A stretch of DNA of 64,000 bases from Myxococcota bacterium (GCA_039028615.1 JBCCHT010000031.1:1-64000), one strand, 5' to 3'. Shown: positions 17,788-27,719, counted from the stretch's first letter. Notes: generated by a model from the letters alone, not told the origin. Numbers and translations are program-made.

Positions 17788-19278
17788 TCAGTCCTCCTGC
17801 GCTTGGCAGCTGTACTCGCCGTTGCAGAACGCGCCGTCGTTCGGCCACTCCATGCCGTTGGAATCGACGAACGGCGTGTTGAGCGGATCATGGTCGTGGG
17901 TGCACAGATCGCAGGCGTCGCCCAGGCCGTCGTAGTCCTGGTCCCACTGGGGCAGGAAGCACAGGTAGCTCCACAGCTGGGCGTTGCCGCCGACGTCGGC
18001 CGGGCTCACGGCCGTGGCTTCGCCCACCCCCGCTTCGGCCAGCGCCTCTTCGCACCCCGGAGGCAAGGTCAGCACGCCGGGCTCGTCGATGGGGAGATCG
18101 GCGACGTCGATGGGGTTGCCGTCGGGGTCGGCCAGCGCCTGGCCCTGGTAGACGGTGGTGCAGCAGTAGCCGCCCACCGACACGTCGTAGAACGCGAGGC
18201 GACGCGGGTCGCGGCGGGTCTCGCAGTCGGGGTGGGTCTCGCAGGCAGCGCCCACGAAGTCGCCGTCGTCGTCGTCGAGGTCCTGCATGCCATCGACGAT
18301 CTGCTCCGGGTTGGGCGCGAAGGGGCAGGTATCGCACTCGGTGCCGACGCCGTCTTCATCGGGATCGGGGTGATTGCAGAAACCATCGACGCAGGCGGAG
18401 TGCTCGGGGCAATCGGCGTCCGCACCACAGGTCGAGAGCCCGGTCGCGAGCCGCGGGCACAGGTCGTCCAGGTTGGCGATGCCGTCCTGGTCGAAGTCGC
18501 CGCTGGGGGCCAGATCCATGGGTCCGGCGGCGTCGGGGCCTTGCTCGCCTTCGCACGCATCACCCACGCCATCGAGGTCGGCGTCGGCTTGGCAGCTCGG
18601 GTCCTCGAAGTCGCGGGGCATACCGAGCTCATACGGGGTCAGGCCGGGGCCGTTGCCGTAGTCGTGGCAGTTGGGCACGGTGGGACAGTTGTCACAGGGG
18701 TCGCCCACGCCATCACCGTCGGTGTCCACCTGGGCGGGCACGTTGCGGATCGCGTAGGGGGCGGGCACGTCGTCGGGGCCCGGATAGGTGTTGACGTTCA
18801 GCGGGCACAGGTCGCAGTCGTTGCCCACGCCGTCGCGATCGCTGTCGGCGGTGTTGGTCAGGCCCTGGATCGTCGGGCACAGGTCGACGACGTCGCCGAA
18901 GCTGTCGAAGTCGACGTCGCTCTGGTCGGGGTTGGAGTGGTCCGGCGCGTTGTCGCAGCTGATCGGTCGATCGTCTTCATCGCGATCGGCCTGGCAGGGC
19001 CAGTCCTCGGGACAGGGCAGGGGAGGATCGGGGGGTGCCCCCGTGGTGTCTTCGGCCGCGCCCTCGGTGGTATCGGCGAGCCCCGAGCTGCTCTCCCACG
19101 GGTTGTCGTCGGTATCTCCGTCGAAGCTCGTGGCGCCGTCGGTGAGGTTGGTTGCCATGGTCATCGGACCGGTGGTCGACGAAGAGCCGGAGGCGGGCGG
19201 CGCCACCTCGTCGCCCGGGCACGCACCGGCCATCGCGAGGAGCAGGGCCAGCGGGATCATGCGAGTCGGATTAGCCAT
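17788..19278 (-). CDS. Thrombospondin type-3 (Ca-binding) repeat lipoprotein
   Basis: Lipobox AGAC; many D.D.DGVG..CD.CP...NP.Q motifs. Confidence 0.85.
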   Translation of the reverse strand: MANPTRMIPLALLLAMAGACPGDEVAPPASGSSSTTGPMTMATNLTDGATSFDGDTDDNPWESSSGLADTTEGAAEDTTGAPPDPPLPCPEDWPCQADRDEDDRPISCDNAPDHSNPDQSDVDFDSFGDVVDLCPTIQGLTNTADSDRDGVGNDCDLCPLNVNTYPGPDDVPAPYAIRNVPAQVDTDGDGVGDPCDNCPTVPNCHDYGNGPGLTPYELGMPRDFEDPSCQADADLDGVGDACEGEQGPDAAGPMDLAPSGDFDQDGIANLDDLCPRLATGLSTCGADADCPEHSACVDGFCNHPDPDEDGVGTECDTCPFAPNPEQIVDGMQDLDDDDGDFVGAACETHPDCETRRDPRRLAFYDVSVGGYCCTTVYQGQALADPDGNPIDVADLPIDEPGVLTLPPGCEEALAEAGVGEATAVSPADVGGNAQLWSYLCFLPQWDQDYDGLGDACDLCTHDHDPLNTPFVDSNGMEWPNDGAFCNGEYSCQAQED

Positions 19279-21724
19279 CGTTACGAACCTCCCGGGGGGT
19301 GCCGCTGGGGAAAATGGTGTCGTTGCCTTGTTGACCGGAGAAATTGCGACCCCAGCACCACAGGGTGGAGCCGCGACGACCGCAGACGGTCGATTCGTGG
19401 GCCGCGATGTCGAGCCAGTCGGTGTCGGTGCCGACCTGCACGGGGAGATCGGTACTTCGAGAGTCTCCGATCGAGCCTTGGCCGAGCTGCCCGTAGGTGT
19501 TGGAGCCCCAGCACCACAGGGTGCCGTCGAGCTTGCGGGCGCAGCGGAAGGACGAGCCGACGCTCACCTGAGCCCAGTCGGTGTCGGTGCCGACCGGGGT
19601 CGGCGTGGAGGTCGTGGGGTCGATGGCACCCCAACACGAGAGGCTGCCGTCGGTCGCGATGGCGCAGGTTCGCAGGCCATCGACGGCCACGTCGGACCAG
19701 GCGCCTGGCACCTGGGTCGGCGTGGCCACCGGGTCGCCTTCGACCCCGAGCCCGAGCTGGCCGAAGTCGTTGCGACCCCAGCACCACAGGTCGGTGCCTC
19801 GCAGGCCGCACACATGGTTGTCGCTGGCCAGGGCGAGGGCGCTCCAGTCGGTGGCGACACCGACCTGGGTGGGGCTCGATTGGCTCGCGCCGGTCGAGCC
19901 GTTGCCCAGCGTGCCGACCGAGTTGGAGCCCCAGCACCACGCGCTTCCGCTGCCCCGGAGGCCGCAGGTCGCCCCGTTGCCCGTGGTGACGCCGAGCCAG
20001 TCGGTGGCCGCCTCGACCTGAACCGGGCTGAGGGCGGTGTCGCCGTCTTGGCCGAGCTGCCCCACGCCGTTGGCACCCCAGCACCACAGGGTGCCGTCGT
20101 CTTGTACCGCGCAGGTGTGATCGAAGCCCACCGAGGGTGGGTCCCAGTTGCCCGCGCCCGTGGGCGTGACCGCGACGGGCGTGGTGTAGATGCACTCGCT
20201 GGGGCTCGCGGGGGAGCAGTCGTCGGTGGGGTCGCCGTTGCCGAGCCGCCCCGATCGGCGGCTGCCCCAGCACCACATCGAGCCGTCCTCGCGGGCGCCG
20301 CAGCCATGGGCGCTGCCCGTTTGCCCGCCGACCCAGTCGTCGGCGACGGGGCCTCCGCCCCACGGCCCCACGGGGACCGCGTCGAGTCGATTGTTGTCGA
20401 AGCCCGAGGTGCCGTCGCCGACCTGGCCGGCCTCGTTGTTGCCCCAGCACAGCGTCTCGCCTGCTTCGGTGCGTCCGCACAGGTGGATGCCGCCCGCGGC
20501 GATGTCGATCCAGTCGTCGCCGGGCATCTGTACCGGGACCGAGGAGCTGTACCCCGGTTCGGCCACGCCATCGAGCAGCTGTCCCTGGCTTCCGCTGCCC
20601 CAGCACCACATCTGACCTTCGTCGGACCGGGCGCACGCGCTGCTCACCGACAGGTGAATCTCCGCGATCGGCTCGGGCAGATCGACCGGCTCGGGCATGA
20701 AGACCTGCTCGTCGTGACCGAGCCCGGCGACGCCGCCCTGGTTACGGCCCCAGCACCACACGGTGCCGTCTTCGGTGAGCGCACACATCGTGCTGCTGAC
20801 GCCGCCCGTGGCCAGGGAGCGCATGGGGGGCAGCCCCGGCACCTCGACGGGGAGGCTGCTGAACACCACGCCTTCCATGCCGAGCTTGCCGTTGCCGGCT
20901 CGACCCCAGCACCACACCGCGCCCGAGGTGTCGAGGCCGCAGGTGTGCTGGTCGCCCGCGTAGACCTCGAGCCAGTGGCTTCCGCTGACCTGCACGGGAG
21001 CGATGCGGTTGTAGTTGCCGCCCACCGCTCCGTCGCCGATCTGCGCCGCCTCGTTGCTGCCCCAGCACCACAGGGTGCCGTCGGTCTGGATTCCGCACGA
21101 GTGGTCCTGCCCGAGCGAGAGCCGGGCCCACTGCGTGCCTTCGGCGATCGGCATCAGCTCGAAGCGGCACCAATCGCTGGGCAAGCCGTCGTCGAGCACA
21201 CCGTCGCCGACCTTGCCGTCGCGGCCGTTGCCCCAGCACCACAGCGAGCGGTCTTCGGCGATGCCGCAGGCGTGGTCCCAGCCGATGCTGACGGAGGCCC
21301 AGGTGTTCTGCGTGCCCGTGACGGTGGGCGGGGCCGGAGCCGCGCCCCCGTCGGCGAGCAGCCCACAGCTCCCGTCGCCCCAGCAGGTCAGCGTGCCGTC
21401 GTCGTCGACGCGACACGAGCTGTAAAGCCCCGTGGACAGCCCCGGCGGATCAGGCTCGGGGTCGATCTCGGGGGGAGGCGGCGGCGGTTCGCCCGTGGAC
21501 TCTTCGTCGGCCGCCGTCGTGTCGGGGTCGCTCGAGTCCGTGTCGCCGGTCTCGGCGGTCGTGCTGTCGACCGCGTCGGTGTCGCTCAGCGAGTCGCTGT
21601 CGGTGTCGGTGTCGGCGGGCTGCGACGTGGTGCCGCCCCCGCCCCCGCTCGCCATCGTCGTGTCGTCGGGACATCCGGTGAGTGCGAGCAGGGCCGCACA
21701 GCACCATCGAGTATTCCAAGCCAT
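19271..21724 (-). CDS. RCC1/BLIP-II beta-propeller repeat lipoprotein
   Basis: Lipobox LTGC; Asp/Thr/Ser tether; about 14 H.C....G.LWCWG.N..GQLG repeats, enough for two 7-bladed propellers. Confidence 0.9.
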   Translation of the reverse strand: MAWNTRWCCAALLALTGCPDDTTMASGGGGGTTSQPADTDTDSDSLSDTDAVDSTTAETGDTDSSDPDTTAADEESTGEPPPPPPEIDPEPDPPGLSTGLYSSCRVDDDGTLTCWGDGSCGLLADGGAAPAPPTVTGTQNTWASVSIGWDHACGIAEDRSLWCWGNGRDGKVGDGVLDDGLPSDWCRFELMPIAEGTQWARLSLGQDHSCGIQTDGTLWCWGSNEAAQIGDGAVGGNYNRIAPVQVSGSHWLEVYAGDQHTCGLDTSGAVWCWGRAGNGKLGMEGVVFSSLPVEVPGLPPMRSLATGGVSSTMCALTEDGTVWCWGRNQGGVAGLGHDEQVFMPEPVDLPEPIAEIHLSVSSACARSDEGQMWCWGSGSQGQLLDGVAEPGYSSSVPVQMPGDDWIDIAAGGIHLCGRTEAGETLCWGNNEAGQVGDGTSGFDNNRLDAVPVGPWGGGPVADDWVGGQTGSAHGCGAREDGSMWCWGSRRSGRLGNGDPTDDCSPASPSECIYTTPVAVTPTGAGNWDPPSVGFDHTCAVQDDGTLWCWGANGVGQLGQDGDTALSPVQVEAATDWLGVTTGNGATCGLRGSGSAWCWGSNSVGTLGNGSTGASQSSPTQVGVATDWSALALASDNHVCGLRGTDLWCWGRNDFGQLGLGVEGDPVATPTQVPGAWSDVAVDGLRTCAIATDGSLSCWGAIDPTTSTPTPVGTDTDWAQVSVGSSFRCARKLDGTLWCWGSNTYGQLGQGSIGDSRSTDLPVQVGTDTDWLDIAAHESTVCGRRGSTLWCWGRNFSGQQGNDTIFPSGTPREVRNDG

Positions 21725-21918
21725 GGCTTCAGGGTGCTCCCAAACGCTGGTTGGAGGCAAGAACGGCGGGACCCGTCGTCGTCCATGATCGAACGGGAGC
21801 CCAAGATGGCCCGCATCGGTCGGCCCGATACGGCGTTCGTTCGTCGGGCCGCGTGCTGCGGAGAGTTTTGTGCACGTTCGGTTGGTGTCCCGAGGGGGGC
21901 CAAACCATCACGCGCGGG

Positions 21919-21953
21919 AAAAAAAAGCCGCGGCCACGCGGCCGCAGGACGGC
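21919..21953 (-). terminator. Rho-independent terminator
   Basis: Minus-strand GCGGCC-GCGT-GGCCGC-GGC then T8, downstream of the stop at 21984. Confidence 0.6.
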
Positions 21954-21983
21954 GTGACTTCACGCGGGAGCGAAAGCGCGGGT

Positions 21984-23903
21984 TCAACCCGGTCGCGACG
22001 GATCGAGGATCAGCCGCCCCGCCTGGGTGTCGACGCGGGCGAAGCGATCGGCGGGAAGATCGGTGCAGCCGCGACAGCCGATCAACGCCGAGAGCCCGAG
22101 CTCGCGGGCCATCAACGCGGCGTGGCTGAGGGGACCCCCGTGCTCGCAACACACCGCGCGCACGCCGAGCTGCTGCAGGGCCACGGCCGCGGGGGCCGTC
22201 AGCGCGGGCAGGGTGACGATGGCATCGGGGCCGGGCGGATCGTCGAGCAGCGCGGCCAGGTCCCGGCGGGGCGCGAGTCGACCGGTGAACGACTCGCCCA
22301 GCGGAATGCCTCGCAATCGACTGCGGCGACCATACGAGACGGGGTGGCCATCTTCGATGCGCAGCGGGGGCCGCAGGCGCGCTTGCTGTCGTAGCCGAAC
22401 CCGGCGGGCTTCGATGATGGCGGCGGTGTTCAGCGGCGGAGGGACGATGGCATCGATCACCTCGGTCGCGCTGAGCATGAACACGGACTCGCCGAGGCCG
22501 AGGTGCGCCCCGGCGGCGAGGAACCACGCCCGCAACGGGGCGAGCCCGAGCGCGAACAAGTGGTCGTCCCACTCCCCCAGCAACACCGCGGCCGTGGCCT
22601 CGTCGCGCGGCAGCTCGAAGGGTTGTTCGCTGCGGGTGGTGCCGAGCTCGGCCAGACTGGGGCTGGCCAGGTCCCAGGTCGCGGGCAGCACATCGAGGAA
22701 GTCGTCGCGCCCCAGGGTCGATAGCGGGCGCGAGCCGGCGGCGGGTCCTTCCGGGTGCGCGCGGCGGGCCCGGGTGCGCGCGGGCACCAGCACCCCGATA
22801 TAGGTATCGATCATCGCCAGGAAGGCGGCTTGGGCCTCATCGAGGGCCTGGACCAGCGCGGCGGCGTCGGCCTGTCGTAGCTGGGTCTCGAGCGCCTCGA
22901 GTCGCGCGCGAGCTTGCGGCAGCGTGTGCTCGTGCAGCTGCTGGATGACGTCGCATGCGGTCGGCGTGGGGCGAGTCGAGGCGGACTTGGGCTTCGAGCT
23001 ACGGGCCAGGTCGCGCGGCAGGGTCCGCACGTAAAGCCATCCGGCCAATACCGTGGGATCGCCGGCCGCGGGTCGTTGCTCGCGAAGCCAGCCCATCAAC
23101 CACGCGTGCGCGGGGCTCAGCGGGGCGGGGTTGTGCTCGGCATCCAGCGTCAGCGTGCCGCCGCGCAGCTGGTCGGTGAGCCCTTCATCTTTGAGCGCCT
23201 GGAGAAACCCCCGCCAGCCGGGATGCAGCGCGGTGGTGAGCGGTCGTGCCTGGACGATGTGTACGCGCTCATCCTTGCCGACGACGATCTCGAGATCGTG
23301 ACCATGCGGGGCCGGACCGAGGGCATCCATGGCTCGCTGCACGAGCGCCTCCACCTCGGCCCGAGCCGGATCGTCGAGGGTGGCGAGCGGGCCGGCGAAG
23401 TCGGGATCGAGGCCGGCGGCCAGCGCTTCGCCTGCGGCCGTATGCAGCTCGACCTCGGGGCGGCCTTGGGGCGGCACGGCGATGACGAGCAAGGCCCGTC
23501 GTGGAATCTGATGCTGAATGACGGCGCGATCGAGCGGCGCCCGTGTGGAGCCCTGGCGGTACGCGGTGAGCCACGGATCGGCGCGCGAGGTGGCGAGCGC
23601 AGCCAGGGCCGAGCGGACTTCGGCATCGGTATGGCAATCGAGCTGCGAACGACCCAGGCCGGCCGCGCTGCCTTCGGCTTCGTCTTCGCCATAAAGAGCG
23701 CTGCGCACCACGACCGGACCTTCGGCGAGCAGCTCGGCGACCCCCGCGGACACGGCGGGGTCGTCGAGGGCTTCGGCCGTGGGGGCGACGACGAGGCCGC
23801 GAGGGACGGGGAGACCCGCGCGGGCCAGGCCGCAAAGACGCCGCGCTTTGGCGGGTAGGTCCTCGCCGGTTGCGGAGTCGAGCCAGGGCACGGACGAATT
23901 CAT
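21984..23903 (-). CDS. PEP-utilising enzyme (divergent ATP-grasp domain plus C-terminal phospho-His swivel domain; rifampin-phosphotransferase-like architecture)
   Basis: AGLPVPRG, VVVRSA...ED, IVQARPLT, and C-terminal GGPLSHAALMARELG. Confidence 0.75.
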   Translation of the reverse strand: MNSSVPWLDSATGEDLPAKARRLCGLARAGLPVPRGLVVAPTAEALDDPAVSAGVAELLAEGPVVVRSALYGEDEAEGSAAGLGRSQLDCHTDAEVRSALAALATSRADPWLTAYRQGSTRAPLDRAVIQHQIPRRALLVIAVPPQGRPEVELHTAAGEALAAGLDPDFAGPLATLDDPARAEVEALVQRAMDALGPAPHGHDLEIVVGKDERVHIVQARPLTTALHPGWRGFLQALKDEGLTDQLRGGTLTLDAEHNPAPLSPAHAWLMGWLREQRPAAGDPTVLAGWLYVRTLPRDLARSSKPKSASTRPTPTACDVIQQLHEHTLPQARARLEALETQLRQADAAALVQALDEAQAAFLAMIDTYIGVLVPARTRARRAHPEGPAAGSRPLSTLGRDDFLDVLPATWDLASPSLAELGTTRSEQPFELPRDEATAAVLLGEWDDHLFALGLAPLRAWFLAAGAHLGLGESVFMLSATEVIDAIVPPPLNTAAIIEARRVRLRQQARLRPPLRIEDGHPVSYGRRSRLRGIPLGESFTGRLAPRRDLAALLDDPPGPDAIVTLPALTAPAAVALQQLGVRAVCCEHGGPLSHAALMARELGLSALIGCRGCTDLPADRFARVDTQAGRLILDPSRPG

Positions 23904-23953
23904 GCGGGGAGCATAGGAGCTGGTGCAGCCCTGCGGTAGCCTGTCGGCTTCGC

Positions 23954-24460
23954 GTGTCGCGCCTCGAGGATCACTTGCCGTGTCCGCCCTTGGATCGGTG
24001 GCTCGCTCCGCAGTGGAAGGGCCGCGCCGTGGCTGTGACCACCACCACCGCGGCCAAGGGCTGGACCCCACCGCGGGGGCTGCGAAAGTGGATCGCGCGC
24101 GAGGGGGTCGAAGCCTTGCCGGCCGAGCCGGCCCGCGGCTCGGTGGAGGTGCTGCTGGTGTTGTCCACGCTCCGCAGCGCGGCCGAGATCATCGAGGACG
24201 CACCGTGGCAGGCGCTACGACCGGGCGGCGTGCTGATCGATCTCGGGGTGATTCCGAGCCCCGGCCTGGGCGGCGTGCTGCGGCCATGGGTGCACGCCAG
24301 ACAGCTGCGCGTCGGCTCGGCCACCCGTATGAGCTACTGGCTGCGCCGCGGGGCCTTTGCCCCGGAGCAGTGGATCGCCGTCTCGCCCGCCGACATCGTC
24401 GTGACCATGGTGAAGCGAGCGATCCGGTCGGGCCGGTGTGTGTCCGCGCCCGACTCCTAG
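23954..24460 (+). CDS. Hypothetical protein, possible degenerate methyltransferase-like fold
   Basis: ORF fills the gap between two genes and contains ALRPGGVLI. No clear GxGxG SAM motif. Start is uncertain. Confidence 0.45.
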   Translation: MSRLEDHLPCPPLDRWLAPQWKGRAVAVTTTTAAKGWTPPRGLRKWIAREGVEALPAEPARGSVEVLLVLSTLRSAAEIIEDAPWQALRPGGVLIDLGVIPSPGLGGVLRPWVHARQLRVGSATRMSYWLRRGAFAPEQWIAVSPADIVVTMVKRAIRSGRCVSAPDS

Positions 24461-24632
24461 CCAGCGGCGGCGAACATTACCTTCCAGCCGAGATGCCCGA
24501 GCGGCTCGTCGGCGGCGGCCGGAAACACCGCGGTGCACGCCGCAGCCCCATCGCGCGGGTTCGGCCCAGAGAATCGCTCGACAGCGGAGGAACGGGGCAT
24601 CGACCCCCCGCTACAAAAAATCTCCAACATCC

Positions 24633-24660
24633 TGCAACACTCGGGGCAGCGGCGGCATCC
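24633..24660 (+). promoter_or_regulatory. Candidate ECF promoter
   Basis: A-tract, then TGCAAC-N17-CATCC, ending 16 nt before the ATG at 24677. Confidence 0.35.
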
Positions 24661-24676
24661 CGGGGGCGCTTCACCG

Positions 24677-26095
24677 ATGACCTCTTCCAATGCATTCGCG
24701 GGGGCGCTCGACGAGCTTCCCTGGCTTCGATCCTTCGCGGCCCGGCTCGCCCGGGGCAACGAGGGAGAAGCCGAGGATCTCGTGCAAGAGACCCTGGTCG
24801 CCGCCTGGCAGCAATCTCCGAACGAGTCACCGCGCTCGCCCCGGGGCTGGCTGTCGACCGTTGCTCGCAATCGGGCTCGGCTGCGTAGTCGTAGCGAGAT
24901 CCGACGGCGAGCCCGGGAGGCCCAGTCGGGCGCCCCGGCGGGGGTCGAAGGCTCGGACACCCAGCTCGAACGACTCCGCGTGCTGCGGCTGGTGGTCGAG
25001 CGGCTCGAAGGCCTCCCCGAGATCGATCGCACGATCATCGTCCGTCGCTTCTTCGATGGCCTCAATGCCTCGGAGATCGGCGAACACGTCGGGATGCCTG
25101 CCGCCACGGTCCGGTCTCGACTCAAGCGAAGCCTGCAACGGCTACGAGAGGAACTCGATGAGCATCACCGAGGGGACCGCGCGGCCTGGTCGGTCGTGGT
25201 GGCCCTGCCCCTCGGTTCCGTGAAACCGGAAGCCATCGCCATGAGTCAGTCCATGAAAGTCACCGCTGCCATCACCACCGCGATCACCCTCGGGGTGGGG
25301 CTGTGGCTGGTGCAGCGCAATGCCGAAACCACGCCCGCCGACGACGTCTCACCCGTCGCCCTCGAACCCGCGGTCGCAAGCCCGAACCTGCCCCCCGCCC
25401 CCCGACCCAGCCTGGGCTCGGTGGCTCCGCGCAGGGTTGATGCCGAGGTCCCCTCGGCCCCCATGCCCATCCTCGCCGCCGCCGAGTCCGACGAAGACAC
25501 ACCGCTAGAGCAGGCCAAGGCGGCCCGCAGCGCCGCGTCCAAGTACTGCGTGGAGGAGCCGTCGATGGGTTCGGTGGGTGTGTTCACCCTACGAACGCTC
25601 ATCGTGGGTGACCCGCAGCGGGGTACCACCTTCGAGTCCTTCGAGGTCCTCGATGATCGCGGCACCGACACGGCGTTCATCGAGTGCATGCACACCGAGC
25701 TCGAGCGTTACTCGGGGCCTGCTCCCACCGAGGCATTTCGCGAGACCGACACCCGGTCGACCTTCGGACCCCACCTCTCACAGGTCGCCGGAGACCGCCG
25801 GGTCCAGACGATCTTCGAGGGGGTCGCGCTCGCTCGTCTCTCCGAAATTCGCGGCTGCGAGCTCGAGTCGGGGGAGACGAAGGGCGCGCTGGTGCTGGCG
25901 GTGACCTTCGACGGCGAACCGGCCGTGTCCCGACTGGAGATCAAGCACAGCGAGCTGCCCCCCCGGGTCGCCGAGTGCATCGTCGACGAAGTCGAGGCGT
26001 GGCCGTTTCCCTACCTGACGGCCGACACCTTCGACTACACGTTCGAGTTGCCGATCGATCCGGCGGTCGACGGGATCGTCCGCGCGCCCGAGTAG
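24677..26095 (+). CDS. ECF sigma factor fused to a TM helix and two AgmX/PglI-C-terminal-like (TonB-C-like) periplasmic domains
   Basis: EAEDLVQETL, WLSTVARN, GLNASEIGEHVGMPAATVRSRLKRSL; TM AAITTAITLGVGLWLV; Pro-rich linker; C...G...L....EC....FP modules. Confidence 0.8.
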   Translation: MTSSNAFAGALDELPWLRSFAARLARGNEGEAEDLVQETLVAAWQQSPNESPRSPRGWLSTVARNRARLRSRSEIRRRAREAQSGAPAGVEGSDTQLERLRVLRLVVERLEGLPEIDRTIIVRRFFDGLNASEIGEHVGMPAATVRSRLKRSLQRLREELDEHHRGDRAAWSVVVALPLGSVKPEAIAMSQSMKVTAAITTAITLGVGLWLVQRNAETTPADDVSPVALEPAVASPNLPPAPRPSLGSVAPRRVDAEVPSAPMPILAAAESDEDTPLEQAKAARSAASKYCVEEPSMGSVGVFTLRTLIVGDPQRGTTFESFEVLDDRGTDTAFIECMHTELERYSGPAPTEAFRETDTRSTFGPHLSQVAGDRRVQTIFEGVALARLSEIRGCELESGETKGALVLAVTFDGEPAVSRLEIKHSELPPRVAECIVDEVEAWPFPYLTADTFDYTFELPIDPAVDGIVRAPE

Positions 26096-26175
26096 TCCCG
26101 AGCAAGCACAGGCGGCTCCGCCACGGCGGTCGCACCGTGGGCTCGTGTGGGTGCTCGTTTCCCGCGCAGCAGGCT

Positions 26176-26213
26176 CGGCAACGCGGCCCTCGTCGACGGG
26201 GGCCGCGTTGTCG
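26176..26213. terminator. Strong hairpin between convergent genes
   Basis: CGGCAACGCGGCCCTCG-TCGA-CGGGGGCCGCGTTGTCG: 17-bp stem with two G-U pairs and no U tail. Confidence 0.55.
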
Positions 26214-26237
26214 CCTCGCGAGGGGTTGAGATGAGCG

Positions 26238-27719
26238 TTAGGCGTACTCGATCGCCGTGCGCCAGGCCTCGCGCAGCGCGGCGAGCTTGGCGGTGTCGGG
26301 ATCGGGCGTGAAGCGTCGGTCCTGCTGCCAGGCCTTCTCCAGCGCCTGGGTATCGGCCCACAGCCCCACGCCCAGGCCCGCCAGCGAGATCGCACCCAGG
26401 GCGGTGGTCTCGAGCATGGTGGGTCGATCGAGCGGGATCCCCAGCAGGTCTGCCTGCATCTGCATCAACAGGTTGTTGGCGGCCGCACCTCCGTCGACGC
26501 GCAGCAGCTTGTTCGGCCCGCCGAGGTCGGCGGCCATCGCTTCGAGCAGGTCGGCGATCTGCAACGCGATGCCTTCGAGGGCGGCCCGAGCCAGGTGCCC
26601 CTTGCCCGTGCCCCGGGTGATGCCGCGAATGAGGCCGCGGGCGTCGGGGCGCCAGTGCGGAGCGCCGAGCCCCGCGTGCCCCGGTACGAGCACGACCCCT
26701 CCGCTGTCCTCCACGCTGGCGGCCAGCGCTTCGATCTCGGCCGCGCTGTCGATGATGCCCAGCTGGTCGCGCAGCCACTGCACGACGGCGCCGGCCATGA
26801 ACGAGGAGCCCTCGAGCGCATAGGTGGTGGTGTCCCCGAGCTGCCAGGCCACGGTGCCGAGCAGGCCGTGCTTGGACTGCACCACGCGGGAGCCGGTGTT
26901 GAGCAGCACGAAGGCTCCGGTGCCGTAGGTGCACTTGGCCTGGCCCTCGGCGAAGCAGGCCTGGCCGAACAGCGCCGACTGCTGGTCGCCCGCGATGCCG
27001 CAGATGGGAATGCCGTCGGGGAGGCCGGGCACGCCCTTGGTGCGACCGAACTCGCCCGCGCTGGGGCGGACCTGCGGGAGCACGGCCTTGGGCACGCGCA
27101 GCAGGTCGCACATCTCGTCGTTCCAGCCCCCGCCGGCCAGCGGCCACAGCAGGGTGCGCGACGCGTTGCTGGGCTCGGTGGCGTGCACTTGGCCGCCCGT
27201 CAGTCGCCACAGCAAGTAGGTGTCCACCGTGCCCGCGGCCAGGGCTCCCGACTCGGCGCGCGCCCGGGCACCGTCGACTTCGTCGAGGACCCAGGCGATC
27301 TTGGTGCCCGAGAAGTAGGGGTCGATGACCAGCCCGGTCAGCTCGCGCACGCGATCCTCGTGACCGGCCGCCTTGAGGGCGGCGCAGTGCTCCGAAGTCC
27401 GGCGGTCCTGCCACACCAGCGCGCGGTGGATGGGCTCCCCGCTCTTGCGGTCCCAGATCAAGCTGGTCTCGCGCTGGTTGGTGATCCCGATGGCGGCGAT
27501 GCGTTCGGCGCCCACGCCCGACTTGGCGAGGGCATCGGTCACGGCCCGTAGCGCCGAGTCCCACAGCTCCTCGGGGTCGTGCTCGACCCAGCCCGGCTTC
27601 GGAAAGTGCTGAGGGAACTCGTGGTTGACGCGAGCCAGGACCTTCAAGTCGGTGTCGACGACGAGGCAGGTGCTGCCCGTGGTTCCCTGATCGATGGCAA
27701 TGATGAGATCGGCGCTCAT
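26238..27719 (-). CDS. glpK: Glycerol kinase
   Basis: AIDQGTT, GITNQRET, VWQDRRT, DPYFSGTK, GDQQSALFG, AKCTYGTG, LRVDGG. Confidence 0.97.
   Translation of the reverse strand: MSADLIIAIDQGTTGSTCLVVDTDLKVLARVNHEFPQHFPKPGWVEHDPEELWDSALRAVTDALAKSGVGAERIAAIGITNQRETSLIWDRKSGEPIHRALVWQDRRTSEHCAALKAAGHEDRVRELTGLVIDPYFSGTKIAWVLDEVDGARARAESGALAAGTVDTYLLWRLTGGQVHATEPSNASRTLLWPLAGGGWNDEMCDLLRVPKAVLPQVRPSAGEFGRTKGVPGLPDGIPICGIAGDQQSALFGQACFAEGQAKCTYGTGAFVLLNTGSRVVQSKHGLLGTVAWQLGDTTTYALEGSSFMAGAVVQWLRDQLGIIDSAAEIEALAASVEDSGGVVLVPGHAGLGAPHWRPDARGLIRGITRGTGKGHLARAALEGIALQIADLLEAMAADLGGPNKLLRVDGGAAANNLLMQMQADLLGIPLDRPTMLETTALGAISLAGLGVGLWADTQALEKAWQQDRRFTPDPDTAKLAALREAWRTAIEYA

Noticed and set aside
17788..19278. 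TSP3-repeat protein as a TraB-like kin-recognition component
   Set aside because: It has no N-terminal beta-barrel or OmpA domain, and the neighbouring gene is RCC1-type rather than TraA-like.
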